A DNA stretch of 64,000 bases from Verrucomicrobiota bacterium (GCA_047947115.1 CP170459.1:1344001-1408000); one strand, 5' to 3'; numbered from the stretch's first letter, positions 43,250 through 53,813 are shown. The notes: generated from the letters alone by a model not told the origin. Program-made: numbers and translations.

Positions 43250-44089
43250 GAAGCCATCTCATAAATAAATATTGTACTTATAACGATAAAGTATAGTGGT
43301 TATGGATGGACTTGAGCGAAGTACAATGGAACATCGTTAAAGACATCTTACCAGTAGACCCTGTAAGGGAAGATCGACGCTGTCGTCCTTGGAGTGACAG
43401 ACGGAAAATACTGAATGGAATCCTTTGGATTTTGTGAACCGGTGCGCCATGGAAAGACATGCCTCCACGGTATAGAACTTATCAAACCGTTCATCGTCGG
43501 TTTCAAAACTGGGTTCAGGATGGAGTCCTCGAAAAACTCCTTTTTGCCATCGCCAAAGATCTGCAGGAACGAGGCGGTTTGGATCTCAGTGAATGTTTCA
43601 AAGACGGCACTTTCGTGCCGGCCAAAAAGGGGGTACCTCGTCGGCAAAACAAAGCGAGGCAAGGGCAGCAAGATCATGGCAATTGCAGACGGCGCTGGTC
43701 TTCCTGTCGCCATATGCGCAGCCAGTGCTTCGCCAGCTGAAGTAACGCTGGTTCAGTATACCATAGAGCATAGAGTCGTAGAGGATACACCTGAAAAACT
43801 GATCGGGGACAAAACCTATGATAGTGATCCATTGGATCAAGGAATTGAGGAAATATTCGGAACTGAAATGATAGCGCCAAATCGTCGAGGGCGGAAAAAA
43901 TCCAATCAAACACAGGACGGTCGTAAACTGAGGCGATACAAACGACGATGGAAAGTCGAACGTCTGTTTGCTTGGCTCTTCAACTTCAGGCGACTGGTTG
44001 TACGTTACGAATACGATGCTGTAGATTTCATCGGGTTCATCCACCTTGCCTGTGCGATGATACTAATGAGGCATTTATGAGATAGCTTC
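43250..44089 (+). mobile_element. IS5 type B copy, frameshifted
   Basis: Same IRs as 26761-27600, TSD TA. Confidence 0.9.
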
Positions 44090-44099
44090 TAACAAAGGA

Positions 44100-44755
44100 C
44101 CACCCTCCAAAGTGTCGGAACGCATTTTCCAGACATCGGATGAAAGCATCAGTAATCTGTCGCCACACATCTTTACTGTATGCCTTTCTGGAATGACTGA
44201 GAACAATCCGGAACAGGTGAGGACGCTTTCGCTTTCCTTCGACATAAGTCCAGGCACCCTGCCCAAAATCCACCTGAGCTTCCTCTCTCGGGTCGCATTC
44301 CATGCGCCGGAACGGCAGCTCTGTGGTTTGGTTAAGGCGTTGGACAAAGCGTTTAACCGAATCATAACTCCCCTGGAAAGCATGTTCACTGACCAAGTCC
44401 TGGTAAATCCTCTGTGCCTTCAGGCCTTGCTTTAACCATTGGAGGATCTGTTCACCAAAGGGTTCACACTCACTACGGCGACCTGTTGAGCCGTGGGGCG
44501 AAATGGCTGCATTTGGAGGAGGCGAAGCCAGATAACGGCTGACGGTTCCTCGGTCGATCTCCAATTTACGGGCAATCTCCCGCATGGAGAGGCCCTGTTC
44601 ATGTAATACGCGTATGGAATGTTGCTTGTGAACTTTGAGTTGATTCATCGCCCTCTGGAAAACCTTTGTGGCCCTCCAAAAGCAACGATTTTATCACCTC
44701 AAAGTGGCTGCATTTGATTCGTCCCTAGGTGGCTGTATTTGACCGCCCGCTGACA
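44100..44755 (-). mobile_element. istA: IS21-family left end plus istA 5' fragment
   Basis: TGTCAGCGGG end at 44755; HTH GLSMREIARKL, EAQVDFG, LSHSRK. Confidence 0.85.
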
Positions 44756-45135
44756 CCACGACTGCAGCAGCTGGATTTGGACCGCTAAGAATAGCGGCAG
44801 TGAAGGAATCAGGGTGAGCATCAAAACCGATCACCCGAGAAGTATTTATTGCATCATTGATCATAGTCAGTGAGAGTATGCAGGCAGACTGAAAGCTGGC
44901 AGGCGAATACATGCACTCAGGTATGCGGGGCGGTCCCCATGTAGGTGCTTTTCGCCATCACTCATTCTCAGAAACGGAGATAAAACTCCAAGCGAACTCT
45001 ACGAGTGTATCCAGCACGGCCACCTGCGGTTTAGCCTACCAACAGGTCCTGAGGGTGCCAGTCTTTCAGTCTTACTTGCAACTATTGTTGCTATCCGAGT
45101 GTGCAGGGCGCCCCGATGACAAACAACATACCCTC
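44756..45135 (-). mobile_element. IS110-family remnant: non-coding left end plus about 36 codons of recombinase (ATG 44864)
   Basis: MINDAINTSRVIGFDAHPDSFTAAIL resembles the IS110 N-terminal (I/V)GxDxH motif; truncated by IS21. Confidence 0.6.
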
Positions 45136-45470
45136 ACAGAGAGGAAGCAGGGGAGTTGATGGTTTATTTTGAACAGTTCTGTCGAACCGCTCAAAATAAA
45201 CTATCAAACTATCAGTCCCGCAGGGGCAATGCTGCTTCTTAGCGATTACGTTCGCCCTTACTGAGGGTTTAATCGAATGCGTATGTTTTGCTCTCCGTAA
45301 ATTCAGTTAACTTTCGAAACATTTTCAGTGGGGGGGCTTTTGATTTCTTTGCTATTTCACGGAAATCGTAAAGAAATCAAAAACTCCTTTCTCCTCTGTG
45401 GCCCTCTGTGCTCTCAAGTGAGGGACCGAACGGGTGGTGGAAAAACGTATCAGTGACGATCCGTTCTACC
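45134..45470 (+). repeat. Modular repeat unit U11 (left end replaced by the IS110 remnant)
   Basis: TCACAGAGAG, hairpin D 45157-45206, hairpin E to 45383, right end to 45440. Confidence 0.88.
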
Positions 45471-47569
45471 TATTGATCTCCCGCGGTCACCATTTTGATC
45501 GCGCAGAGGATCACGAAGAGGTGCATGATGGATACGACTTGTAGAGGAAAATCGAATAGGGCGTGGAGGAGGCAGCCTGCGATGGCGAGGTTGAGACCGA
45601 TGCGGAGCCAGCCGGCGCTTATCAATCCGGTCTGAGATTTTAAAGGCAGCAGGGTTAATCCCACTAGCATTAGGCCAGGGATGGCTCCGAACAGGCCGAA
45701 AGTGATCCAGTATTCGAGCCAGTCACAGTGAACCCAGGCATCCCATACTTCGTCTGCGTCATGATAAAGGAAATAGACGGTGGACCAGGCACCGGATCCG
45801 CAGCCCAGCCACCGGAAGTCTTTAGCCATGCGCCAGGAATCTTCGTAGATGCGGTCGCGGGAGCTTGACAGTGATGCGAGTGCGGTCAAACTCCATTTTC
45901 TCGTTAAATCAATTGTGACGGTTTGTTGAGAGATCTTAGATTCACTTTCCTTATTAGCGATAGGTTGTATGCTGAATAAGCGGCCTTCGAGGTCCGGTTC
46001 GCCGGTCTTGATGGTCGCTGTTTTGTTTACATAGACCTCGTTGGGGATGATGGGGTGATCCCATGTGGGGGGAGTTGGGCCTGATCTTTTTTCGATGCCT
46101 TCAAGTGTTGTATCATTTACTTGGACCGATAAGCCTTCTGCTCCACGTACTACCTTCAGGTTTAGAAACCCCGTTTCGAGATACTCGATCAAGTTAGTGA
46201 ACGTGGTGTTGACGTGGCTTTTTGTTTTGGCGTTGTAGAGTAGGATCCTCAGATTTCCATTCTTGTAAAGGATTGAGTTTAGATATCCTTTTCGGAACTT
46301 GCCGTTTTGAGAATCTGTGATGAGGAATAGTTGAAGGTTTCGATCATAGGGAGGAGGTGGCAGTTGGCATTCACAGGTGATAGTTTCGGCGGTGCTCGCT
46401 TGTTCTATCTGTGTTTCGTGCCATGGATTCTGGGAATTTAATCGTTTTAAGAGTGGTTCCCAGCCAATGTAATAGGATAAACCAATTCCTGCTACCATGA
46501 GGACGGCAAATCCCATGCGTTGGCGTCCTTTGAGGAGGTGGGGTTTGATCAGGATGAGGGCGATGCCTGCGGCCAGTAAGAATCCCAGTATGACAAATCC
46601 GCCACGACTTAGGGAAACGAAAGGAGCCGCTACCATCATGCAGACGGCGGGGATCAGGGTGAAATGTGATTCGCTTCCTTTGCTTCCGGTTTGCATGCGG
46701 ATGGAGCGTGCTCTCTGGATGGCCCACATCAGGAAACCAATACAGATCGGCAGAACCATGTTGAGGTAGGTGGCCCCATTGCCTCGGTAACCAAAGGGGC
46801 CAAAGCTTTGTGTGGAAGTGCCAAATCGCGGACGTTCATAGAGCCAGAGGAGCTTTGGGGTGCCGTCCAGGCGCTGAACGATGCCAATCAGTGCGAGACA
46901 TCCACCGCTGATGCACAGAAGCCAGAGTAGCCGGTTCAGGCGGATAGGGATGGATGGAGCTGAAAGGTCTTTATCAAAATACGGATTTGATTCTTCGTCC
47001 GGTTCACTTGAGTCCGTGCGTTCTTTCCTGGTTTTACCGAGGAGCCAATCCCGGAAACCCCAAAAGCAGCAGGCCAATCCCAGAAAATTCAGAAAACTCT
47101 GGATGGTGGCGGATTTGTCGTAGGTGTGGGGGAGCCATTGGATGTAGTTTTCATTGTAGTTTTCGAAAAAATTGAATTCGTGGTTGAAGGTGGCTCGGAC
47201 GTTTAGAATGGATATGAGGATGTAGCCTAACATGTAAATTGTCAGTGCGGCGACGGCCTTGGTGCGCCAGTCTCTCTTTTGAGGGTGGGTGGTGCTTTGG
47301 CCGTTTTTTTGTGTCGTCCAGCGGGGTGGGTAGTAGCCGGTTGTATAGCGGATAGCCCATTTGGTCAGGAGGAGTGCACCTATTCCGTAGTTAGCAAGGT
47401 TCATCGTCAGGATGGCCCAGTCGTGGACGGTGCCGAATGCCCAGGGGCCCCAGAGGATGGTGAAATAGATCAGTGCTTCTGTGGCAATGTCCGCCCAGCG
47501 GTAGAGTTTGGGGGTGCGGCTGTGTGTGCGGTGCGGGCGCTTTTTGGAACCTGTGTTGGAAATGTTCAT
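45470..47569 (-). CDS. O-antigen ligase-family membrane protein with a large soluble insertion
   Basis: FGPFGYRGN, SLSRGG, WLGCGSG, HCDWLE..FGLFG, LHALFDFPLQ. Confidence 0.8.
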   Translation of the reverse strand: MNISNTGSKKRPHRTHSRTPKLYRWADIATEALIYFTILWGPWAFGTVHDWAILTMNLANYGIGALLLTKWAIRYTTGYYPPRWTTQKNGQSTTHPQKRDWRTKAVAALTIYMLGYILISILNVRATFNHEFNFFENYNENYIQWLPHTYDKSATIQSFLNFLGLACCFWGFRDWLLGKTRKERTDSSEPDEESNPYFDKDLSAPSIPIRLNRLLWLLCISGGCLALIGIVQRLDGTPKLLWLYERPRFGTSTQSFGPFGYRGNGATYLNMVLPICIGFLMWAIQRARSIRMQTGSKGSESHFTLIPAVCMMVAAPFVSLSRGGFVILGFLLAAGIALILIKPHLLKGRQRMGFAVLMVAGIGLSYYIGWEPLLKRLNSQNPWHETQIEQASTAETITCECQLPPPPYDRNLQLFLITDSQNGKFRKGYLNSILYKNGNLRILLYNAKTKSHVNTTFTNLIEYLETGFLNLKVVRGAEGLSVQVNDTTLEGIEKRSGPTPPTWDHPIIPNEVYVNKTATIKTGEPDLEGRLFSIQPIANKESESKISQQTVTIDLTRKWSLTALASLSSSRDRIYEDSWRMAKDFRWLGCGSGAWSTVYFLYHDADEVWDAWVHCDWLEYWITFGLFGAIPGLMLVGLTLLPLKSQTGLISAGWLRIGLNLAIAGCLLHALFDFPLQVVSIMHLFVILCAIKMVTAGDQ

Positions 47570-47581
47570 GAGGTTTGCTTA

Positions 47582-48236
47582 TTCACCACCCGTCCCGCAT
47601 TCGCGGGACTAGAGGACACAGAGGTTCGAGAGAGGTTAAAGAAGTAAGTTAGGGCAAGAGTTGATGGTTTTATTACGGGATGTTCAACAGAACATCCCGT
47701 AATAAAACCACAAGCTACCAATCCTGCGGAGAGTAGGTCCTTATAGGAGTATGCTGTGGTAAATGCGGGAGGCATTGTTATTGTTTGGTTGAGCATGTGC
47801 CGTGTTTGTTTTGGTGATCTGTTTCCGAGTATCATCTTGGTCGTGATTGAAATGTCAATCTTCTGTGGATGTGAGTTTATTAACCACCCGTCTTGCTGCG
47901 CGCGACTTGAGGACACAGAGATGGAGGAGAGGAGTTGAAGAATCATTTCAGCGCGTTCTCCAAACGAACTGAAATGATTCTTCAAACCATCGGCCTTGCA
48001 GGCGGCAATAATGATTCACAACCGGTATGATAATTTTATGTGAAAGAAATGTCTTGAAGACTCCCAATGCCCTCTGAAACGAGTGTAACCCCATCAGCAA
48101 TCGAATTCTTTTAAGTGTGATACTTTTTGGTTTACTTTGTTATGACGATCATGAATAGCCAAGAAAACCAAAAGCCTTTTCTTAAATCTCTTTGGCCCTC
48201 TGTGTTCTCAAGTGAGGGACCGAACGGGTGGTGAAA
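47582..48236 (+). repeat. Modular repeat unit U12 (two left halves plus a right half)
   Basis: Left ends 47582 and 47883; hairpin D 47666-47709 and 47935-47985; hairpin E 48108-48175. Confidence 0.9.
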
Positions 48237-48336
48237 AATGAACGAGCACGCCGTCTCCACGAGTCTGACGTGATGTAAATGGTCTGAAACGAGTCTTGAG
48301 GCATGTCGGCCTTCTGGCATAGCATCTTGAGTGACA

Positions 48337-50475
48337 ATGTTACAAATTCTGCAGAACATAAAGACTGGTGAAACGATGTTGGCCGAGGTGCCTGCGCCTA
48401 TGGTGCGGTCGGGGTCTCTTTTGATCGCCACGCATTCCAGTCTTGTTTCTGCTGGGACGGAGCGGATGTTGGTGGATTTCGGTAAGTCGGGGTGGATTCA
48501 GAAGGCTCGGAGTCAACCCGATAAGGTCCGGGCGGTGATTGATAAGATCAAGGTAGATGGGCTGAAGCCGACTCTTCAAGCGGTTCAGTCCAAGTTGGAT
48601 CAACCTTTACCAATGGGGTATTGTAATGTCGGATCTGTCCTTGAGGTGGGGAATGGTGTTCCACCGGCCGAGTTTGCTGTGGGGGATCGGGTGGTTTCGA
48701 ATGGGCATCATGCGGAGATGGTTTGTGTTCCCAAAAACCTCTGTTGCAAGGTGCCTGATGGTGTCAGTGATGAAGAGGCCGCTTTTACGGTTGTTGGGGC
48801 GATCGGATTGCAGGGCATTCGATTGTTGCAGCCCACTTTGGGGGAGTCGGTGGTTGTCACTGGATTGGGATTGATCGGATTGCTTTGTGTTCAGATGCTG
48901 CGCGCCAATGGGTGTCGGGTGCTTGGAATTGATTTTGATTCTTCAAAGTGTGCCTTGGCGCAGGCTTTTGGAGCTGAAACGGTGGATTTGTCAAAGGGGG
49001 AAGATCCTGTGTCCAAAGCAATGACCTGGACTCGGGGGAGAGGGGTGGATGGAGTTTTGATCACCGCTTCCACAAAAAGTAATGATCCGGTGCATCAGGC
49101 CGCTTTGATGTCCCGTAAACGTGGGCGGATCATTTTGGTCGGAGTGGTTGGATTGGAGCTTTCCCGTGCTGATTTTTATGAGAAGGAACTGAGTTTTCAG
49201 GTAAGTTGCAGTTACGGCCCTGGTCGATATGACGCTCAGTATGAAGAACAAGGGATTGATTACCCTCTGCCCTTTGTTCGTTGGACCGAGCAGCGGAATT
49301 TTGAAGCGTTTCTGGATTTGCTGACTCAAAAGGCTTTGGATCTATCCCCGTTGATCACGCATCGTTTTGAACTGAAGGATGCCTTAAGGGCGTATGAAAC
49401 TGTGGGCAACAAAGAGGGAATTGGTATTGTCATTCAGTACCCTGGAGACAACCGCAAATTGGCGTCCACCAGTCTTGCTCGGTCAATTGACCTGAAAACC
49501 GAGAAGCGTTCGTCCGTTGGCAAGGTTGGTTGTAGTGTCATTGGGGCTGGCAATTTCACGCGCCAAACGTTGTTGCCTGCCTTGGCGCAAACTTCAGCAA
49601 GGCTCCGGACTATTGTTTCAAGCGGAGGGGTGACCGCATCGGATTTGGGTCGTAAATTTAAATTCGAACGCGCCGCCACGGATACCAAGGAAGTGTTCAA
49701 GGATGACGCCACGAACTTGCTGGTCGTCACCACCCGTCATAATACTCACGCGTGTTTTGTGAAGGATGCCATTCAGCTCAACAAGGCTGTATTTGTCGAA
49801 AAACCGTTGTGTTTGAAACGCTCCGAGCTTGAATCAATTGTGGGAGATTACCAAGCGGCAAAAAGTCCCTTCGTCATGGTGGGGTTCAATCGACGCTTCG
49901 CTTCGCTCATCACGTCCATGGCATTACTGATTCAGGCCAGGAGTGAGCCAAAGTCGTTTATTTATACCGTGAACGCCGGGTGCATTCCTCCCGATCATTG
50001 GACACAAGATCCGGAGGTTGGTGGAGGCAGGTTGTTGGGTGAGGGATGCCACTTTATTGATTTGTTAAGATTTTTGGCGGGTAGCAGCATTGGTTCTGCC
50101 AAAGTGTCTTACACCACACCAAATGGGCTGGATACGCAGGATACTTTTTCCATTCAGATATCTTTCGCGGATGGAAGTATTGGAACTGTTCACTACTTTG
50201 CAAATGGATCCAAAAGTTTCCCAAAGGAACGTCTGGAGGTGTTTTGCGGAGGGGGCGTGCTGCAGTTGGATAATTTCCGGACACTGCAGGGGTTTGGTTG
50301 GAAGGGGTTCTCCAAGCAGAAATCTGGAGGTCAGGACAAGGGGCACAACGCTGAATTGAAGGCAGTGGTGGATGCCCTGGAGCAGGGTAAGCAGGCTCCC
50401 ATACCGTTCGATGAGATTGTGGAGGTGACGGATGTTTCCTTGGCGTTGGTGGAGGTAGGGGAATACTTTAGGTAG
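48337..50475 (+). CDS. Bi-domain oxidoreductase (Zn-ADH plus Gfo/Idh/MocA) of polysaccharide loci
   Basis: SAGTE, GLGLIG, SCSYGPGRYD, IGAGNF, VEKP, GFNRRF, GEGCHFID. Confidence 0.9.
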   Translation: MLQILQNIKTGETMLAEVPAPMVRSGSLLIATHSSLVSAGTERMLVDFGKSGWIQKARSQPDKVRAVIDKIKVDGLKPTLQAVQSKLDQPLPMGYCNVGSVLEVGNGVPPAEFAVGDRVVSNGHHAEMVCVPKNLCCKVPDGVSDEEAAFTVVGAIGLQGIRLLQPTLGESVVVTGLGLIGLLCVQMLRANGCRVLGIDFDSSKCALAQAFGAETVDLSKGEDPVSKAMTWTRGRGVDGVLITASTKSNDPVHQAALMSRKRGRIILVGVVGLELSRADFYEKELSFQVSCSYGPGRYDAQYEEQGIDYPLPFVRWTEQRNFEAFLDLLTQKALDLSPLITHRFELKDALRAYETVGNKEGIGIVIQYPGDNRKLASTSLARSIDLKTEKRSSVGKVGCSVIGAGNFTRQTLLPALAQTSARLRTIVSSGGVTASDLGRKFKFERAATDTKEVFKDDATNLLVVTTRHNTHACFVKDAIQLNKAVFVEKPLCLKRSELESIVGDYQAAKSPFVMVGFNRRFASLITSMALLIQARSEPKSFIYTVNAGCIPPDHWTQDPEVGGGRLLGEGCHFIDLLRFLAGSSIGSAKVSYTTPNGLDTQDTFSIQISFADGSIGTVHYFANGSKSFPKERLEVFCGGGVLQLDNFRTLQGFGWKGFSKQKSGGQDKGHNAELKAVVDALEQGKQAPIPFDEIVEVTDVSLALVEVGEYFR

Positions 50476-50665
50476 TTTGGATCGCCCCTGATACATGTTT
50501 CACCACCCGTCTTGCTGCGCGCGACTAGAGGACACAGAGATCACAGAGTTTTTTGGGGGGAGGGGAGTTGAGGTTTTATTTTGGGATGTTCGATCGAACA
50601 TCCCAAAATAAAACCTCAAAGTCTCAGCCCTGCGGGCAAGGTAGCTCCGATAGTCTCTGATCGGA
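50471..50665 (+). repeat. Modular repeat unit U13 (left half)
   Basis: Left end 50499; perfect 52-bp palindrome 50568-50619. Confidence 0.9.
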
Positions 50666-50737
50666 AGGTCTCCAATAGCCTAGTGTTTTCTTGAAACAAA
50701 TGGAGGGTGTTCTAGCCTGACTTGGTAAGCTCATTTT

Positions 50738-51007
50738 ATGAAACACAGTCACATGACCAAGAAGAAACATTCGGGGCATGCAGAAAAAGAGAAGACCTAC
50801 GAGACGTCTTTTCGCAGCCATCACGATGTATTATTTGCCAAGCCGGAACATGTGGCGGCAAGTATGCCAACCAAACCATCCAAGCGACTATTGGGGGTGG
50901 ACGAAGGATTGGTGCATTTCTCTGAGGATTGGGATTCAGCTGAGACCAATCAGGAAATTGCCCGGATGTTTGGATTGGATCACTTGGATGATGCCCATAC
51001 CCTGTGA
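50738..51007 (+). CDS. Probable orphan or degenerate VapB/DUF2281-like antitoxin
   Basis: KRLLGVDEGLVHFSEDWD resembles the R..G...G.....DF motif; start uncertain. Confidence 0.45.
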   Translation: MKHSHMTKKKHSGHAEKEKTYETSFRSHHDVLFAKPEHVAASMPTKPSKRLLGVDEGLVHFSEDWDSAETNQEIARMFGLDHLDDAHTL

Positions 51008-51607
51008 ATCCTTATGAATTTGCAATGGAAGAGCAACAGGCAATTAAACTCTCAAGGCTTCCCGCGTTCCGGGTTTCTTGCTTAGGGAAGTTTTTAGGTT
51101 GAAGTATGGGTACGGGGTGGCACCCGTCCCTCCGGTTTTGTTACTACAGCAATTAGAATATGTCATTAATTGATATCATCGCAGGGGCCAGACCCAATTT
51201 CATGAAGATTGCACCGATTATTCGGGCGATCAAGCATTCTCAATCGTTGGGTGGAACGTTAGAGTATCGCCTCGTTCATACGGGGCAGCATTACGATGAG
51301 CGGATGTCGGCGAGTTTTTTCAAGCAGTTGGGAATTCCTGATCCGGATATCAATCTCGAGGTGGGATCCGGGACTCAGGCCGAGCAGACGGCGAAGATCA
51401 TGATGCGTTATGAGGCATTGCTTTTGGAGAAGCCATCCAAGCTTTGCCTGGTGGTGGGGGATGTGACGAGCACCATGGCGTGTGCGATAGCGGCTCAAAA
51501 GTTGTGTGTTCCGGTGGCGCATGTGGAGGCGGGGATTCGGTCGGGTGATTGGTCCATGCCCGAGGAAATCAACCGGATGGTGACGGATTCGATCACCAAT
51601 TACTTTT

Positions 51608-53139
51608 GCCTCTTCTTCAGAATCTGTGGGTAAATTTAGGTTCGGGTAGTTCACCCATTGTGTGAAAAAGGGCTATTTTAAGCACTTCAAAGCTACGATA
51701 GCCGTAGGCTTTTCTGGTAGTCAGATTTATTTTGCGGTTCAAACCCTCAACAACTCCCGACGAAATAGTCTTTTTGGCCCTGAACCAATTCAGGATCAGC
51801 GGCTGATGTTTTCGTAGGCTGCTGGCAAATTTCTTGATGGGTTCCAGACGTGAGCGCATAGCTCTGGTGCACCACTTGTTCAAATACCACTCAGCCCAAT
51901 ATGGGCTAGTGTAATTCCAAAAGAACTCAAATGCTTCTTTGAGCAAAAATGCCCGAACACTTTTCAGATCATACTGGAGGACTTCCTCCAGCTTAATCTT
52001 TTGATTGGGCGTGAGGTTCTCACGACGTTTGAGAAAGCAGTATTTGGTGTGTTTAAGCACTTCCTGGTATCCGTCCTGACGCATCTTACGCGCTTCGACC
52101 GCCCTGACTTCATTGATTGCTTTGTTCAGATTGGCTACGATATGGAAGCGATCCAACACGTGGAGGGCGTGTTCGAGTTTTTCCTTAATCACATTGAGAT
52201 AAGGTTTCCACATGTCCGAACAAACAAATTGAATGGACTCAAGTTGCTTTTGAGTGAGGATCTTAAAAAAATCCCGAAGGGATTGCTCGGTTCTCTCCTT
52301 GGTGACGCTTAACAATCGGCGCGTGCCTTGATCTATCTGGTAAACCACCGTCAGATACTTTTGCCCCTTTCCAAAATGCACCTCATCAACTCCGATGGCA
52401 TTAATATCGTCCAAACTCCTGTGCTTCAAGCCGTATTCAACAATGGAAGCAACGGACCGATACACCGATTGCCAACTGACTTCAAAGGTCTGGGCAACTT
52501 CTTTCCATGAAAGTTTCCGAGCCCACTGTGCAAGGAAGTGTTCCATGACACAGGTTATCCGGCTTTTTCCTTTGGCCCAAGGAACCGATTCGATGACAAC
52601 ACCGTCATTGGGGCAGTTAACTCTTCGCATCCGGTATTCAAGAAACACCGGCCACCCCCATAAGGGGATGAATCGAAACTTTCGTTTTCCAGGACGATGG
52701 TCATAGGTGGAAGCACTACGATTGCACTTTGAACATACTGGGCGGCTGTTTTGCCGTGGTTCAACGCTTACGACAATAGCTTCGACTCCTTCAACTTCCT
52801 GGAAGCATGCTTGGCGATAGACAAAGGATTTGAATTTATGGCAACGATTGAGCAAGGTTTTCAACAGCATCGGCAATCTTTGACGAGGTTTGTTTTGGCG
52901 ACGCCATGTTGAGGAGATTGCCGATGCTTTTCGAATAAAAATCCTCTGGGTTTTTCTTGGAGAAAAACCACACCACCCGTAGGCCCTCTCGCGTCGTGGA
53001 AGTCCAGGAAAACATCATATAAGTGCCGAAGGCCGACTCCGCGTCAGCGGGGGAGTTATGCTGATGTTTTACTGGACTGGAACAGAGCGATAGGGCATCC
53101 CGACGTGCTCAATTTACCCACTCTTTTTTGAGAAGACCC
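51608..53139 (-). mobile_element. ISL3-family element (second type)
   Basis: 8-bp TSD TTACTTTT. Confidence 0.9.
51617..52876 (-). CDS. ISL3 transposase
   Basis: IGVDE, SDMWKPY, DRFH, EGLN. Confidence 0.92.
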   Translation of the reverse strand: MPMLLKTLLNRCHKFKSFVYRQACFQEVEGVEAIVVSVEPRQNSRPVCSKCNRSASTYDHRPGKRKFRFIPLWGWPVFLEYRMRRVNCPNDGVVIESVPWAKGKSRITCVMEHFLAQWARKLSWKEVAQTFEVSWQSVYRSVASIVEYGLKHRSLDDINAIGVDEVHFGKGQKYLTVVYQIDQGTRRLLSVTKERTEQSLRDFFKILTQKQLESIQFVCSDMWKPYLNVIKEKLEHALHVLDRFHIVANLNKAINEVRAVEARKMRQDGYQEVLKHTKYCFLKRRENLTPNQKIKLEEVLQYDLKSVRAFLLKEAFEFFWNYTSPYWAEWYLNKWCTRAMRSRLEPIKKFASSLRKHQPLILNWFRAKKTISSGVVEGLNRKINLTTRKAYGYRSFEVLKIALFHTMGELPEPKFTHRF

Positions 53140-53813
53140 TTACTTTTTTACCACCAGCCAATACGCGAATAAAAATCTCAAGTCCGCTGGTATTTCTGAT
53201 GACAGGATCTTTTTTGTCGGAAATACCATGATTGATACGTTGTTGCATGAGATGGATCGGTTTTCGGCTCCGGATTGCTTTGAGTCTTTGGGGTTGGTTC
53301 AGGGGAATTACATCGTCCTGACTCTGCATCGTCCCGCCAACGTGGATGCAGAACAGCACTTGACCAAAACTCTGGAAGCGATCATGCAGCATGCGGGTGA
53401 TCTGCCGGTTGTTTTTCCGGTTCATCCACGGACTGCAAAGCAGTTGGAACATATTCATACGGCATGGGATAACCTGCATTGTGTGGAGCCATTGCCGTAT
53501 CTGCAGTTCAATTATTTGGTCAAACACGCGAAAGCGGTCATCACGGATTCGGGTGGCATCACCGAGGAGACGACGGTGATGGGGATTCCTTGCATGACTT
53601 TGCGTGATTCCACGGAGCGACCGGAAACGGTGGATGTTGGGACGAACGAGTTGATTGGGACCAATCCTGAACGCATCCCGCCGGCCATGGAACGGCTGCT
53701 TACAGGCCAGTGGAAGAAGGGGGCAATCCCCGAAAAGTGGGATGGCAAGGCCGCGGAGCGGATTGTGGAAGTGCTGGAGAGGTGTGTTTGAGTGTGGAGT
53801 TTTTTTAATTCTC

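Larger units (their letters stand above)
51160..53791 (+). pseudogene. wecB: UDP-GlcNAc 2-epimerase (non-hydrolysing) split by ISL3 (51160-51607 plus 53148-53791)
   Basis: GARPNFMK, HTGQHYD, HVEAG.RS, PEEINR; DSGG, TERPET; halves rejoin in frame as NYFFTTS. Confidence 0.92.
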
